The notes under the pieces: model-generated
What the model saw: only the letters and a program-made list of their open reading frames with translations
What the model was told of the DNA's origin: nothing
Database searches by the model: none
Shown: positions 39,067 through 48,601 of the stretch, one piece after another
Layout: each line of letters begins with the position of its first letter
Numbering within the stretch: the stretch's first letter is position 1
NCBI GenBank assembly: GCA_034927345.1
Contig: JAYFQE010000016.1
Coordinates: forward strand, 41,472-105,471
Direction of reading: 5' to 3'
Origin: Clostridiaceae bacterium
Lineage (GTDB): Bacteria > Bacillota > Clostridia > Saccharofermentanales > UBA5734
DNA length: 64,000 nt
Translations under genes and position numbers: made by a program

Positions 39067-40244
39067 ATCTGGAACGCTTTCTGTCCGAATCAGCCAAAGC
39101 GATTCCGCCTTCCGCAATTCGCAGATTTTTCGACCTGGCCAATGAAATGAAGGGGCAGGTTATTTCACTATCCATTGGTGAACCGGATTTTGTCACACCC
39201 TGGAGTATCCGGGAAGCTGGTATCTATTCCTTGGAACAGGGCAACACGCACTATTCGCCCAATCCCGGTTTCCTTGAACTGCGGGATGCCATCAGCCGCT
39301 ATATGCTGGAACGTTTTTCGCTCTCCTATCAACCGCGGACCGATGTTGTCGTAACAGTCGGCGGCAGCGAGGCTATCGATCTTTGCATCCGGGCCGTGAT
39401 CAATCCGGGCGACGAGGTGATCATTCCGGAGCCTTCCTTTGTGGCTTACAAAGCGTGCGTCAATCTGGTGGGCGGCGTGCCGGTTCCGGTAGCCTGCCGG
39501 ATGGAGAACCAGTTCAAATTGACGCCGGAACAGCTGGAAGCAGCCATTACGCCGAAAACCAAACTGGTTATTCTGGCTTATCCGAACAATCCGACCGGCG
39601 CTGTGCTGAACCGCAGCGAAGTCGAAGCTCTGGCTGCCGTCTTAAAAGACAAGCCGATTCTGGTTATGTCCGATGAACTATATGCTGAATTGACCTATCC
39701 GCCGTCGCAGCATTTTTCAATCGCCGCCCTCGAAGACATGAAAGAACGGACTATCGTCATCGGCGGTTTTTCCAAGGCTTTCGCCATGACCGGCTGGCGA
39801 ATCGGGTTTGCCTGCGGTCCGGCGGTTATCCTGAGTACAATGAATAAAATCCATCAATATGCTATTATGTGTTCACCGACAACCGCTCAAGATGCGGCGA
39901 AAGAGGCGCTGATCAACAGCAGCCGGCATATTGTACCGATGCGTGAGGAATATAACCGCCGCCGCCGTTTTGTTGTCCAGGCCTGCCGTGACGCCGGGCT
40001 GCCCTGCTTTGAACCGCTGGGCGCCTTCTATGTTTTTCCGGACATCCGGATATCCGGATTGAAGTCCAATGAATTTTGCGAGACCTTTCTCAAAGAAGAG
40101 AAGGTGGCCATTGTCCCGGGCAATGCCTTCGGCGACAGCGGCGAAGGTTTTGTCCGGATCAGTTATGCGGCCTCTATGGAAAATATCCGGGAGGCCATGC
40201 ATCGATTAAAGTCCTTTGTGGCAAGGAGAACAGAGCATGCTTGA
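39063..40244 (+). CDS. Class I PLP-dependent aminotransferase
   Basis: GEPDF, PNNPTG, DELY and SKAFAMTGWRIG. Confidence 0.92.
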   Translation: MNLERFLSESAKAIPPSAIRRFFDLANEMKGQVISLSIGEPDFVTPWSIREAGIYSLEQGNTHYSPNPGFLELRDAISRYMLERFSLSYQPRTDVVVTVGGSEAIDLCIRAVINPGDEVIIPEPSFVAYKACVNLVGGVPVPVACRMENQFKLTPEQLEAAITPKTKLVILAYPNNPTGAVLNRSEVEALAAVLKDKPILVMSDELYAELTYPPSQHFSIAALEDMKERTIVIGGFSKAFAMTGWRIGFACGPAVILSTMNKIHQYAIMCSPTTAQDAAKEALINSSRHIVPMREEYNRRRRFVVQACRDAGLPCFEPLGAFYVFPDIRISGLKSNEFCETFLKEEKVAIVPGNAFGDSGEGFVRISYAASMENIREAMHRLKSFVARRTEHA

Positions 40245-41346
40245 ATTTGATCAATACCGCCTGAAACTGGCCGATATGGCAGCTTCGCTGGATCAGCTGC
40301 GCGAAGCTTTGCATATCGGACCGGTCAGCGATGAGATCGCCGAACTGGAGGCCAGAGCCCAGGAACCTGGTTTCTGGGATCAGGTCGAACGGGCTCAAAG
40401 CATTCAGACCCGTATGAGACGTCTGCAGAAAAAAGTCGATCATTACAACCATCTGCACAGTCAGTATGAAGATCTCCAGATTTTGTGCGAACTGGGCGAC
40501 GAGGCTGAGGATCTGTCGCTTGTTGAAGATGTAAAAGCCGGCTTTCATAAATTTCTGGACCAGATGGAAAAAATGCGCCTGGAAACATTGTTTACGAACG
40601 AATATGATGGCAATAATGCGATTCTGACTTTGCATGCCGGCGCCGGAGGCACCGAAGCCCAGGACTGGACCGAGATGCTGTACCGTATGTATATGCGCTG
40701 GGCTGAGAGCCATGATTTCGAAGTCAAACTGCTCGATATTCTTGACGGTGATGAAGCCGGGCTGAAAAGTGTTTCCTTTATGATTATCGGCGACAATGCC
40801 TACGGCTATATGCGGTCTGAAATGGGCGTCCACCGTTTGGTGCGTATTTCACCGTTCGATGCGTCGGGACGACGGCATACATCTTTTGCCTCTCTGGAGG
40901 TTATGCCGGAACTGGATGACTCGATTAAAATCGATATCCGGCCGGAGGATCTGCGCGTCGATACCTATCGTTCCTCAGGCGCCGGCGGCCAGCATGTCAA
41001 CAAAACTGAATCGGCAATCCGGATCACCCATCTGCCGACCGGCTGCGTGGTCTCTTGCCAAACCGAGCGTTCGCAGGTGCAAAACAGAGAAACAGCCATG
41101 GGCATGTTAAAAGCTAAATTATTCGCGTTGGCCCGGGCGGCGCAGATGGACCGGATTGAAGACCTGAAAGGCTATCAGATGGATATTGCCTGGGGCAGCC
41201 AGATCCGGTCTTATGTTTTCTGCCCTTATACCATGGTCAAGGACCATCGGACCGGTTATGAGACCGTCGATGTCGGCGGCGTCATGGACGGAGATCTGGA
41301 CGGATTTATCAATGCTTATCTGTCCGGCATGAAAATTGAGAAATAA
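40237..41346 (+). CDS. prfB: Peptide chain release factor 2 (continuous ORF)
   Basis: SPF anticodon-like motif, GGQ and RRHTSF. Confidence 0.95.
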   Translation: MLEFDQYRLKLADMAASLDQLREALHIGPVSDEIAELEARAQEPGFWDQVERAQSIQTRMRRLQKKVDHYNHLHSQYEDLQILCELGDEAEDLSLVEDVKAGFHKFLDQMEKMRLETLFTNEYDGNNAILTLHAGAGGTEAQDWTEMLYRMYMRWAESHDFEVKLLDILDGDEAGLKSVSFMIIGDNAYGYMRSEMGVHRLVRISPFDASGRRHTSFASLEVMPELDDSIKIDIRPEDLRVDTYRSSGAGGQHVNKTESAIRITHLPTGCVVSCQTERSQVQNRETAMGMLKAKLFALARAAQMDRIEDLKGYQMDIAWGSQIRSYVFCPYTMVKDHRTGYETVDVGGVMDGDLDGFINAYLSGMKIEK

Positions 41347-41369
41347 TTAAACTCAAGAAGGGGACAATC

Positions 41370-42170
41370 ATGATATCAGCCGATGAATCGAAAACCAAAG
41401 CCCTGCTTTCGGCCGTGGCGGCCGGCGCAATCAGCATTGATGAAGCATATGAAAATTTGCTGCAGATTGATCCCTTGAACGGCGAACAATATGAAGATTT
41501 AGGTTTTGCCAAGGTCGATCTGTCGCGTCAGCGGCGCAATGGCTTTGCCGAAGTCATTTTTTGCGAAGGAAAAACACCGGAGCAAGTCGGAAAAATCGCC
41601 GCCAGCTTATTGAACAAATCGCCCAATTTACTGGCGACCCGGGCGGATGCGGCTCACTATGCGGCTCTTCTCGCCGTGGCGGGCGATGCGGTTTACCACG
41701 AGCGGGGCCGTGTGATCCAGGTATGCCGTGAAAAAACTGATCCGACAGGCCAGGTGGCCGTTGTTTCTGCCGGCACGGCAGATCAGCCGGTTGCCGAGGA
41801 AGCGGCAGTGGTTGCCGAAACCCTGGGAACTGCCGTCAGCCGTTTCAGCGATGTCGGCGTAGCCGGCCTGCATCGGCTTCTGTCATGCCTGCCGGATATC
41901 CGGCAGGCCGATGTGATTATCGTTGTCGCCGGCATGGAAGGCGCTCTGGTAAGCGTCCTGGGCGGGCTTGTCGATAAGCCGGTTCTTGCCGTTCCTTCAG
42001 GCGTCGGTTATGGCGCTAATTTTCACGGAGTTACAACCTTACTGGCTATGTTGAATTCCTGCGCGAGCGGCGTCGCGGTTTTAAATATCGGCAATGGATT
42101 TGGCGCCGGTTATATGGCGGCGACAATCTGCCGGCAAATAGACCGGGCCCGGAAGGGGGCTTCATTTTGA
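41370..42170 (+). CDS. larB: Nickel-pincer cofactor biosynthesis protein LarB
   Basis: EVIFCEGKT, AGTAD..VAEEA, DVGVAGLHRL, AGMEGAL and LNSC. Confidence 0.92.
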   Translation: MISADESKTKALLSAVAAGAISIDEAYENLLQIDPLNGEQYEDLGFAKVDLSRQRRNGFAEVIFCEGKTPEQVGKIAASLLNKSPNLLATRADAAHYAALLAVAGDAVYHERGRVIQVCREKTDPTGQVAVVSAGTADQPVAEEAAVVAETLGTAVSRFSDVGVAGLHRLLSCLPDIRQADVIIVVAGMEGALVSVLGGLVDKPVLAVPSGVGYGANFHGVTTLLAMLNSCASGVAVLNIGNGFGAGYMAATICRQIDRARKGASF

Positions 42171-43501
42171 CAGAACAAAAGAAGAACAAGGTATTATACC
42201 TGGATTGTTTTTCCGGCATCAGCGGCGATATGTTCCTGGGTGCGCTTCTGGATTTAGGCGCGTCTGCGGATAAAATCCGGCAGGGTTTGCAGGTCTTGCC
42301 GATTGGTCCTGAGTTTATCCTGGATATCGACCAGGCCGAATATTCTGGCTTTCGGGGTACGTCCATCCATGTTTTGCCGGCAGGCGGCAAAACGCCGGTT
42401 TCTGAGCACGAATATGAGCACGAACATGAGCACGAACACGAGCATGAACATGAGCATGAACATGTGCATGAGCATGAACACGTGCATGAACACGAGCACG
42501 AACATGCACATAGCCATGGCAGGTCTTACGCCGATATCAAAGCCATGATTGAAAAAAGCCCGTTGAACCCGGGCATCCGGACGACTGCCCTGCGTATCTT
42601 TGAAACATTGGCGATAGCGGAAGCTGCGGTGCATGGGCAAACGCCGGCGGACGTCCATTTCCATGAAGTCGGCGCTGTTGATTCGATTGTCGATATCGTC
42701 GGCGCTGCTCTGGCGCTTGATGATCTGGGGATTGATAAATTGGTTTGTTCGCCCTTATCTGACGGCAGCGGCTGGATCCAATGTCAGCATGGCTTGATTC
42801 CTGTGCCGGTGCCGGCGGTCGTTAAAATGCTGGAGGGTACAGAAATCCCTTATCGGACCGGAACCTGTGACACAGAACTGGTGACGCCTACAGGCATGAG
42901 TCTGGTTAAAACACTCTGCACTCAATTCGGATCGTTGCCCGCTATGCGGGTTTTACGGACCGGTTACGGCTTCGGCACACGGAAAATCGGCCGTTTGAAC
43001 GCTTTGCGCGTTTTTTTAGGTGAGGAAGATGCGCCGGACGATATGGATGAAGTGCTTCTTTTGACAACCAATATCGACAACAGTACGCCGGAACAGCTGG
43101 GTTATGCAGCAGAACGGCTGATGAGAGCCGGTGCTTATGACGTTGCCTATATCCCGCTGATGATGAAAAAATGGCGCCCGGCACAAATGCTGCAGGTTGT
43201 GGCGCCTCTGACCGCAGAATCCACCCTGGTCCAGCTTATTTTCCAGCTGACCGGAACAACCGGCGTCCGGCGGCAAATCTGCCGGCGTCATGTTATGCAG
43301 CGGTCTTTTTTTACCCGCCAGACAAACTGGGGACCGGTCCGGCTAAAGACAAACACCTGGCGTCATATCAGCAAAACTTATCCGGAACATGATGATGTGG
43401 TGCAGATCGCCGAACGGGCTGATATAGCCTTAACCGATGCCGAAGTTTTACTCCGGCAGCCTGATGCGGCTGAAAATCCAAAGGAAGACACGCATGTCTG
43501 A
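42167..43501 (+). CDS. larC: Nickel insertase LarC
   Basis: SGISGDM, His-rich tract, HFHEVGAVDS, ELVTPTG, NID and MKK.RP; TTG start. Confidence 0.92.
   Translation: MTEQKKNKVLYLDCFSGISGDMFLGALLDLGASADKIRQGLQVLPIGPEFILDIDQAEYSGFRGTSIHVLPAGGKTPVSEHEYEHEHEHEHEHEHEHEHVHEHEHVHEHEHEHAHSHGRSYADIKAMIEKSPLNPGIRTTALRIFETLAIAEAAVHGQTPADVHFHEVGAVDSIVDIVGAALALDDLGIDKLVCSPLSDGSGWIQCQHGLIPVPVPAVVKMLEGTEIPYRTGTCDTELVTPTGMSLVKTLCTQFGSLPAMRVLRTGYGFGTRKIGRLNALRVFLGEEDAPDDMDEVLLLTTNIDNSTPEQLGYAAERLMRAGAYDVAYIPLMMKKWRPAQMLQVVAPLTAESTLVQLIFQLTGTTGVRRQICRRHVMQRSFFTRQTNWGPVRLKTNTWRHISKTYPEHDDVVQIAERADIALTDAEVLLRQPDAAENPKEDTHV
42404..42517 (+). repeat. (GAR CAY)n hexamer repeat encoding a Glu-His tract in LarC
   Basis: 38 codons with 18 His in alternation. 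Confidence 0.9.
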
Positions 43502-44246
43502 TCAGCGGGCGCATTATGCGTTGATCGCCTGCCATGTGTTGTGGCGGGAATTGAATTTTCTGACAGCTCAGTCGTCATCGGTTATTTACCCGGTTTATCT
43601 GGAGCAAGGTTTGCATCAGGAACCGGACAGACTGCGTCGGGAAGTTCAGAAAGAAATAGACCGGCTGGACGGGTCCTATGACGCCATTCTGATCGGATAT
43701 GGTTTATGCAGCAACGGTATTTGCGGTTTAAAAGCCGGGAAGAGCCGCTTGGTGGCTTTGCGCGCTCATGACTGCATCACGCTGCTTCTGGGGTCGCGCG
43801 AACGATATCAAGCTTATTTTGATGCCAATCCGGGTACCTATTGGTATTCGACCGGTTGGATTGAAACGACGCCGATGCCGGGCGCCGACCGGATTGCGCT
43901 CTTGCGCCGGCAATATGCTGAACAATATGATGAAGATGCCGCGGAATTTCTGATCGAAGAAGAACTAAACTGGATGAAACGCTACCGGCAAGCTTGTTTT
44001 ATCAATCAAGCGGAACTGCCGCTGCCGGTCGGACCCTATCGCTGCTATACCCAAAAATGTGCCGGCGAATGCGGCTGGCTTTTTCATGAACTGACGGGGG
44101 ATCTTCAGTTGCTGCGGGATTTCCTGAATGGTTCCTGGGACAACGGGCGATTCTTAATCGTTGAGCCGGGTCAGATCATCGCGCCTTCGTATGATTCCTC
44201 TGTATTAACGGCCCGGCCGGCAATTGACGAAAACCGGTCCGATTGA
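43494..44246 (+). CDS. DUF1638-like protein
   Basis: IAC.V..E, GLH..P, GYGLC.NG, HDCITLLLGS and GTYW. Confidence 0.8.
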   Translation: MSDQRAHYALIACHVLWRELNFLTAQSSSVIYPVYLEQGLHQEPDRLRREVQKEIDRLDGSYDAILIGYGLCSNGICGLKAGKSRLVALRAHDCITLLLGSRERYQAYFDANPGTYWYSTGWIETTPMPGADRIALLRRQYAEQYDEDAAEFLIEEELNWMKRYRQACFINQAELPLPVGPYRCYTQKCAGECGWLFHELTGDLQLLRDFLNGSWDNGRFLIVEPGQIIAPSYDSSVLTARPAIDENRSD

Positions 44247-44302
44247 TACTATTTCAATAGACGTTATAGCCGGTTGTCGCCGACCGGCGCAGGAGGTTTT
44301 AC

Positions 44303-44806
44303 ATGCAGAAACAGGTTTTGGTGGTCATGGGCAGCGATTCGGACTTCCCGGTGATGTCTGCCTGCATCCGTATACTGCGGGATTTTGAAATTCCTTGCCA
44401 GGTGCGGATCTGCTCAGCCCACCGCAGCCCGGATCTGGCAGCCCAGATTGCCAAATCTGCCGCGGGAAAGGGATTTGGCGTGATTATCGCCGCTGCCGGA
44501 CTGGCCGCGCATCTGCCGGGCGTTCTGGCTGCTTATACGACTTTGCCGGTTATTGGCGTTCCGATTAAAAGCGGAGCCCTGGCCGGGCAGGATGCTCTGT
44601 ATGCCATAGTCCAGATGCCGACGGGCATCCCGGTTGCCACAGTAGCTATCGACGGCGCGGCCAATGCCGCCATTCTGGCAGCTCAGATGCTGGCGCTTGG
44701 CGATGAACGGATCACCCGGTGCTTGATTCAGTATAAGGAAAAACTGGCCGCCTCCGTCGCTGAACGGCAAAGTAAGCTTGACGATCAATTGCGTGAACTT
44801 CATTAA
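44303..44806 (+). CDS. purE: N5-CAIR mutase / AIR carboxylase
   Basis: MGSDSD, SAHRSP, AAHLPG and QMP.GIPVATV. Confidence 0.95.
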   Translation: MQKQVLVVMGSDSDFPVMSACIRILRDFEIPCQVRICSAHRSPDLAAQIAKSAAGKGFGVIIAAAGLAAHLPGVLAAYTTLPVIGVPIKSGALAGQDALYAIVQMPTGIPVATVAIDGAANAAILAAQMLALGDERITRCLIQYKEKLAASVAERQSKLDDQLRELH

Positions 44807-44857
44807 GATCGCCGATTGATATCTGATTATTTCTGAACAGATATTTGGGGGATATTC

Positions 44858-46408
44858 ATGACAGGAAGCCAGCATAGAAAATGGGTGGGACGTTGGACCT
44901 GCCGGCAAGATTCGGGTAGAAGCGATCATTTCCGCGACGAATGCGGCCTTTTCGGTTTTTTTGATCCGGCTGCCCGTCGTCTGGATGCGGCTAAACAAAC
45001 CTATCTGGGGCTTTTTGCTTTACAGCACCGAGGACAGGACAGCGCCGGTATTGCCATAAATAACCAGGGATCCATCCAATGTAGTCGAAATCCGGGGCTG
45101 GTAGTCGAAGCCTTTACAGATGAGGTTCTTGACCAGATGCCGGGTTATGCGGCGATCGGTCATGTCCGTTATGCCGATCATGGAATGACCGCTGCGGAAA
45201 ATGCGCAGCCGATGCTGATTAAATATCGTTCCGGCCAAATAGCTCTGGCGATTAACGGCTGCCTGAATAATCACGATGAATTGCGGCGGCGTCTGCAGGA
45301 TGCCGGCGCTATTTTCCAGACCGGATCGGCTGCCGAGACCCTATTGGCATTATTGGCTCGCAGCCGCATGGTCAGCGAGCGGATCGAAGAGGCGCTCGAA
45401 AAAGTGGCCGCTGAATTATCCGGAGCATATGCGTTGATCCTGATGACGCCGGGCAAAATTGTCGGTATGCGCGATCCCCTGGGCGTACGGCCTTTGTGCC
45501 TCGGCCGTCTGGACGATGTCTGGCTGCTGGCTTCTGAGAGTTGCGCCATCGAAGCGATAGGCGGCCATTTTGTCCGGGATGTCTGTCCCGGCGAGATCAT
45601 CACCCTCTCCGCCGCCGGTGTTCAAAGCAACCGGCCGGCAGAAGATAAAAACGCATCCGCTGACCGATGTTCTGAACGGCTGTGCTTGTTTGAATATGTC
45701 TATTTTGCTCGTCCCGATAGTGTCCTGGATACCGTTTCGGTCCAGGAGTCCCGTTACCAGGCCGGCCGGCGGCTGGCTGCAGAACAGCCTGTCCAGGCCG
45801 ACCTGATCATCGGCGTGCCGGATTCGGGTCTGACCGCGGCGCTGGGTTACGCCCAGGCCGGCGGTATTCCATATGGACAGGGAATTCTGAAAAACCGTTA
45901 TGTCGGGCGATCCTTCATTTTACCGACGCCCACACGGCGGGAGATGTCCGTGACGATGAAGTTTTCTGCCCTTCGCCATGCGGTGGCCGGCAAGAACATT
46001 GCTTTGATTGATGATTCCCTGATACGCGGAACAACGATCCGGCATTTGGTTTTCCTGCTGAAACAGGCCGGCGCCAAATCAGTTCACCTGCGCATCGCGT
46101 CGCCGCCGGTTCTATATCCCTGTTTTTATGGCGTCGACACGCCCAGTCAGGCGGAGCTGCCGGCCTGCCGGATGAACCGCCGGGAATTATGCGGCTGGAT
46201 CGGCGCCGACAGCCTGGCATATCTGAGTCTGGACGGCCTTCGGACGGTAACCGGAACATCTGGAATGGGCCGTTGTTCCAGTTGTTTTGACGGCACTTTC
46301 CCAGCCGGTCTGCCGACTGGCCAGAAAAACAGGATCAAAGTCATCTCGTGGCTGGAAAACAAACCGGCAGAAACCGATTTATCATCCCGGGAGGATGCTC
46401 ATGCTTAA
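44858..46408 (+). CDS. purF: Amidophosphoribosyltransferase
   Basis: ECGLFG, QHRGQ, EYVYFARPDS, VPDSG and DDSLIRGTT. Confidence 0.93.
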   Translation: MTGSQHRKWVGRWTCRQDSGRSDHFRDECGLFGFFDPAARRLDAAKQTYLGLFALQHRGQDSAGIAINNQGSIQCSRNPGLVVEAFTDEVLDQMPGYAAIGHVRYADHGMTAAENAQPMLIKYRSGQIALAINGCLNNHDELRRRLQDAGAIFQTGSAAETLLALLARSRMVSERIEEALEKVAAELSGAYALILMTPGKIVGMRDPLGVRPLCLGRLDDVWLLASESCAIEAIGGHFVRDVCPGEIITLSAAGVQSNRPAEDKNASADRCSERLCLFEYVYFARPDSVLDTVSVQESRYQAGRRLAAEQPVQADLIIGVPDSGLTAALGYAQAGGIPYGQGILKNRYVGRSFILPTPTRREMSVTMKFSALRHAVAGKNIALIDDSLIRGTTIRHLVFLLKQAGAKSVHLRIASPPVLYPCFYGVDTPSQAELPACRMNRRELCGWIGADSLAYLSLDGLRTVTGTSGMGRCSSCFDGTFPAGLPTGQKNRIKVISWLENKPAETDLSSREDAHA

Positions 46409-47069
46409 TTTAGCTGTTTTTGTCTCCGGCGGCGGCACCAATCTCCAGGCTATCCTGGATCATCTTGCCGCCAATCGTTTGCCCGGAGTCAGGATTTGCT
46501 GCGTCGTCGCATCGAAATCCGGGACCTATGCTGAAGAACGAGCTAAAGGAGCCGGGATTCCCACTTTTGTCATCTCACGGAAATCATACCCCGATCTGGC
46601 TGCTTACGATCAGGCTTTGTTGGAGACTCTGCAGCCCTATTCGATCGGATTGGTCGTCCTGGCCGGCTTTCTCAGCTTGCTGGGACCTGATTTTATCGCT
46701 GCGTATCCCAACAGGATTATCAACATCCATCCGTCGTTGATTCCTTCCTTTTGCGGACCGGGCTTTTATGGCATTAAGCCGCACGAAGCGGCTTTGGCCT
46801 ACGGCGTGCGTATAACCGGCGCGACGGTCCACTTTATCGATGCCCAATACGATCAGGGGCCGATCATATTGCAAAAAGCTGTTCCGGTTTTAGCGGACGA
46901 TACACCGAAGAGCTTGCAGCAGCGCGTCATGAAAGAAGCGGAACAAATTATTCTGCCGCAAGCCATAGCATTATTTGCCGCCGGCCGCATAGAGGTTCAT
47001 GGCCGGATAACCAAGATAAATGAGGAGATGCGAGAAAATGAAAAGAGCTTTGATCAGTGTTTCGGATAA
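46401..47069 (+). CDS. purN: Phosphoribosylglycinamide formyltransferase
   Basis: SGGGTNLQA, NIHPSL and GATVHF. Confidence 0.93.
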   Translation: MLNLAVFVSGGGTNLQAILDHLAANRLPGVRICCVVASKSGTYAEERAKGAGIPTFVISRKSYPDLAAYDQALLETLQPYSIGLVVLAGFLSLLGPDFIAAYPNRIINIHPSLIPSFCGPGFYGIKPHEAALAYGVRITGATVHFIDAQYDQGPIILQKAVPVLADDTPKSLQQRVMKEAEQIILPQAIALFAAGRIEVHGRITKINEEMRENEKSFDQCFG

Positions 47070-48579
47070 GACCGGGTTGGTGGAACTGGCCCGGGAGCTG
47101 GTCGGACTGGGCATTGAACTGGTATCCACGGGGGGAACGGCCGCATTATTACAAAAAGCCGGCTTGCCGGTCATTCCGGTTTCCAGGATAACCGGTTTCC
47201 CGGAGTGTCTGGACGGACGGGTAAAAACCCTACATCCGAAAATCCACGGCGGCATTCTGGCGATCCGGAGCAATCCGGAGCATATGCAAACGCTGAAAGA
47301 ATTGGACATCACGCCAATCGATCTCATTATCATCAACCTGTATCCGTTTAAGGCAACGATCCAGAAGGCGGGCGCGACCCGCGAGGAATGCATTGAGAAC
47401 ATCGATATCGGCGGCCCCAGCATGCTGCGGGCAGCGGCGAAGAACCACCGCGATGTCACCGTTCTTGTTGATCCGGCCGACTATGAAAGCGTTTTGACAG
47501 AAATACGCCAAAATGGCGATACCAGCCTGGAAACCCGCTTCTGTCTGGCCCGCAAAGTTTTTGAGCATACTGCCGCTTATGACGCTCTGATTGCCGATTA
47601 TTTCCGCCGCGAATCACCAGACCAAGAACTGCCGCAGCAGCTGACGTTGACCTATGATCGGATCAGCGCCCTGAGATATGGCGAGAATCCGCATCAGCCG
47701 GCAGTTTTCTATCGGAATGCTCTGCCTTTGGCCGGTTCGTTAGCCCAAGCCGCGCAATTGGGCGGCAAGGAATTATCATACAACAACATTGCCGACACAG
47801 ATGCCGCAATCGCGCTGCTCAAGGAATTTTCCGAACCGACGGTTGTGGCTGTCAAGCATGCCAATCCCTGCGGCGTCGGCAGCGCTTCCGACCTGCTTAC
47901 GGCCTGGCATAAAGCTTTTGAGGCTGACTCGGTGTCTATCTACGGCGGCATTCTCGCCCTTAACCGGCCGGTTGACATGGCGGTGGCCAAAGCGACCAAA
48001 GGCGTTTTCCTGGAAGTGATGATCGCGCCTGATTTCGAACCGGATGCCCTGGCTTATCTGCAGGAACGTAAAAATCTGCGCCTGCTGAAGCTGCCTTCCG
48101 TCGGCGAAGCCATGTCGGATCAGATTCCGGTCCTTAAGCCGATATACGGCGGATTATTAGTCCAGGGACAAGACAATCAGCTTATGGATGAAACCCAGGT
48201 CAGGACAGTTACAAAAACCCAGCCGGACCCGGCTATGCAGGCGGATGTGGAATTTGCCATGAAGGTTGTCAAGCATGTGCGTTCCAACGCCATCGTTCTG
48301 GTCAAAGACCGCCAGACCGTCGGAATCGGTCCCGGCCAGCCCAATCGGATTACATCTCTGGAAATTGCCGTTAAAAACGCCGGCCCGCGGGCAGTCGGAG
48401 CGATCCTGGGATCAGATGCCTATTTTCCCTTTAACGACTGTGTCAAAGCAGCAGCTGCCGCAGGCGTGGCGGCCATTGTCCAGCCGGGCGGTTCCATTCG
48501 GGATCAGGAATCAATCGATGCCTGCAATGAAGCCGGCCTGCCGATGATTTTTACCGGCATCCGCCATTTCCGCCATTGA
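47038..48579 (+). CDS. purH: Bifunctional AICAR transformylase/IMP cyclohydrolase
   Basis: ALISVSDK, GRVKTLHP, RYGENPHQ and KHANPCG. Confidence 0.95.
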   Translation: MKRALISVSDKTGLVELARELVGLGIELVSTGGTAALLQKAGLPVIPVSRITGFPECLDGRVKTLHPKIHGGILAIRSNPEHMQTLKELDITPIDLIIINLYPFKATIQKAGATREECIENIDIGGPSMLRAAAKNHRDVTVLVDPADYESVLTEIRQNGDTSLETRFCLARKVFEHTAAYDALIADYFRRESPDQELPQQLTLTYDRISALRYGENPHQPAVFYRNALPLAGSLAQAAQLGGKELSYNNIADTDAAIALLKEFSEPTVVAVKHANPCGVGSASDLLTAWHKAFEADSVSIYGGILALNRPVDMAVAKATKGVFLEVMIAPDFEPDALAYLQERKNLRLLKLPSVGEAMSDQIPVLKPIYGGLLVQGQDNQLMDETQVRTVTKTQPDPAMQADVEFAMKVVKHVRSNAIVLVKDRQTVGIGPGQPNRITSLEIAVKNAGPRAVGAILGSDAYFPFNDCVKAAAAAGVAAIVQPGGSIRDQESIDACNEAGLPMIFTGIRHFRH

Positions 48580-48601
48580 CCGGCCAGAAAAGAGGAAAAC
48601 G

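Noticed and set aside
42254..42664. Met-rich and His/Val-rich ORFs in alternative frames
   Set aside because: By-products of the larC Glu-His repeat.
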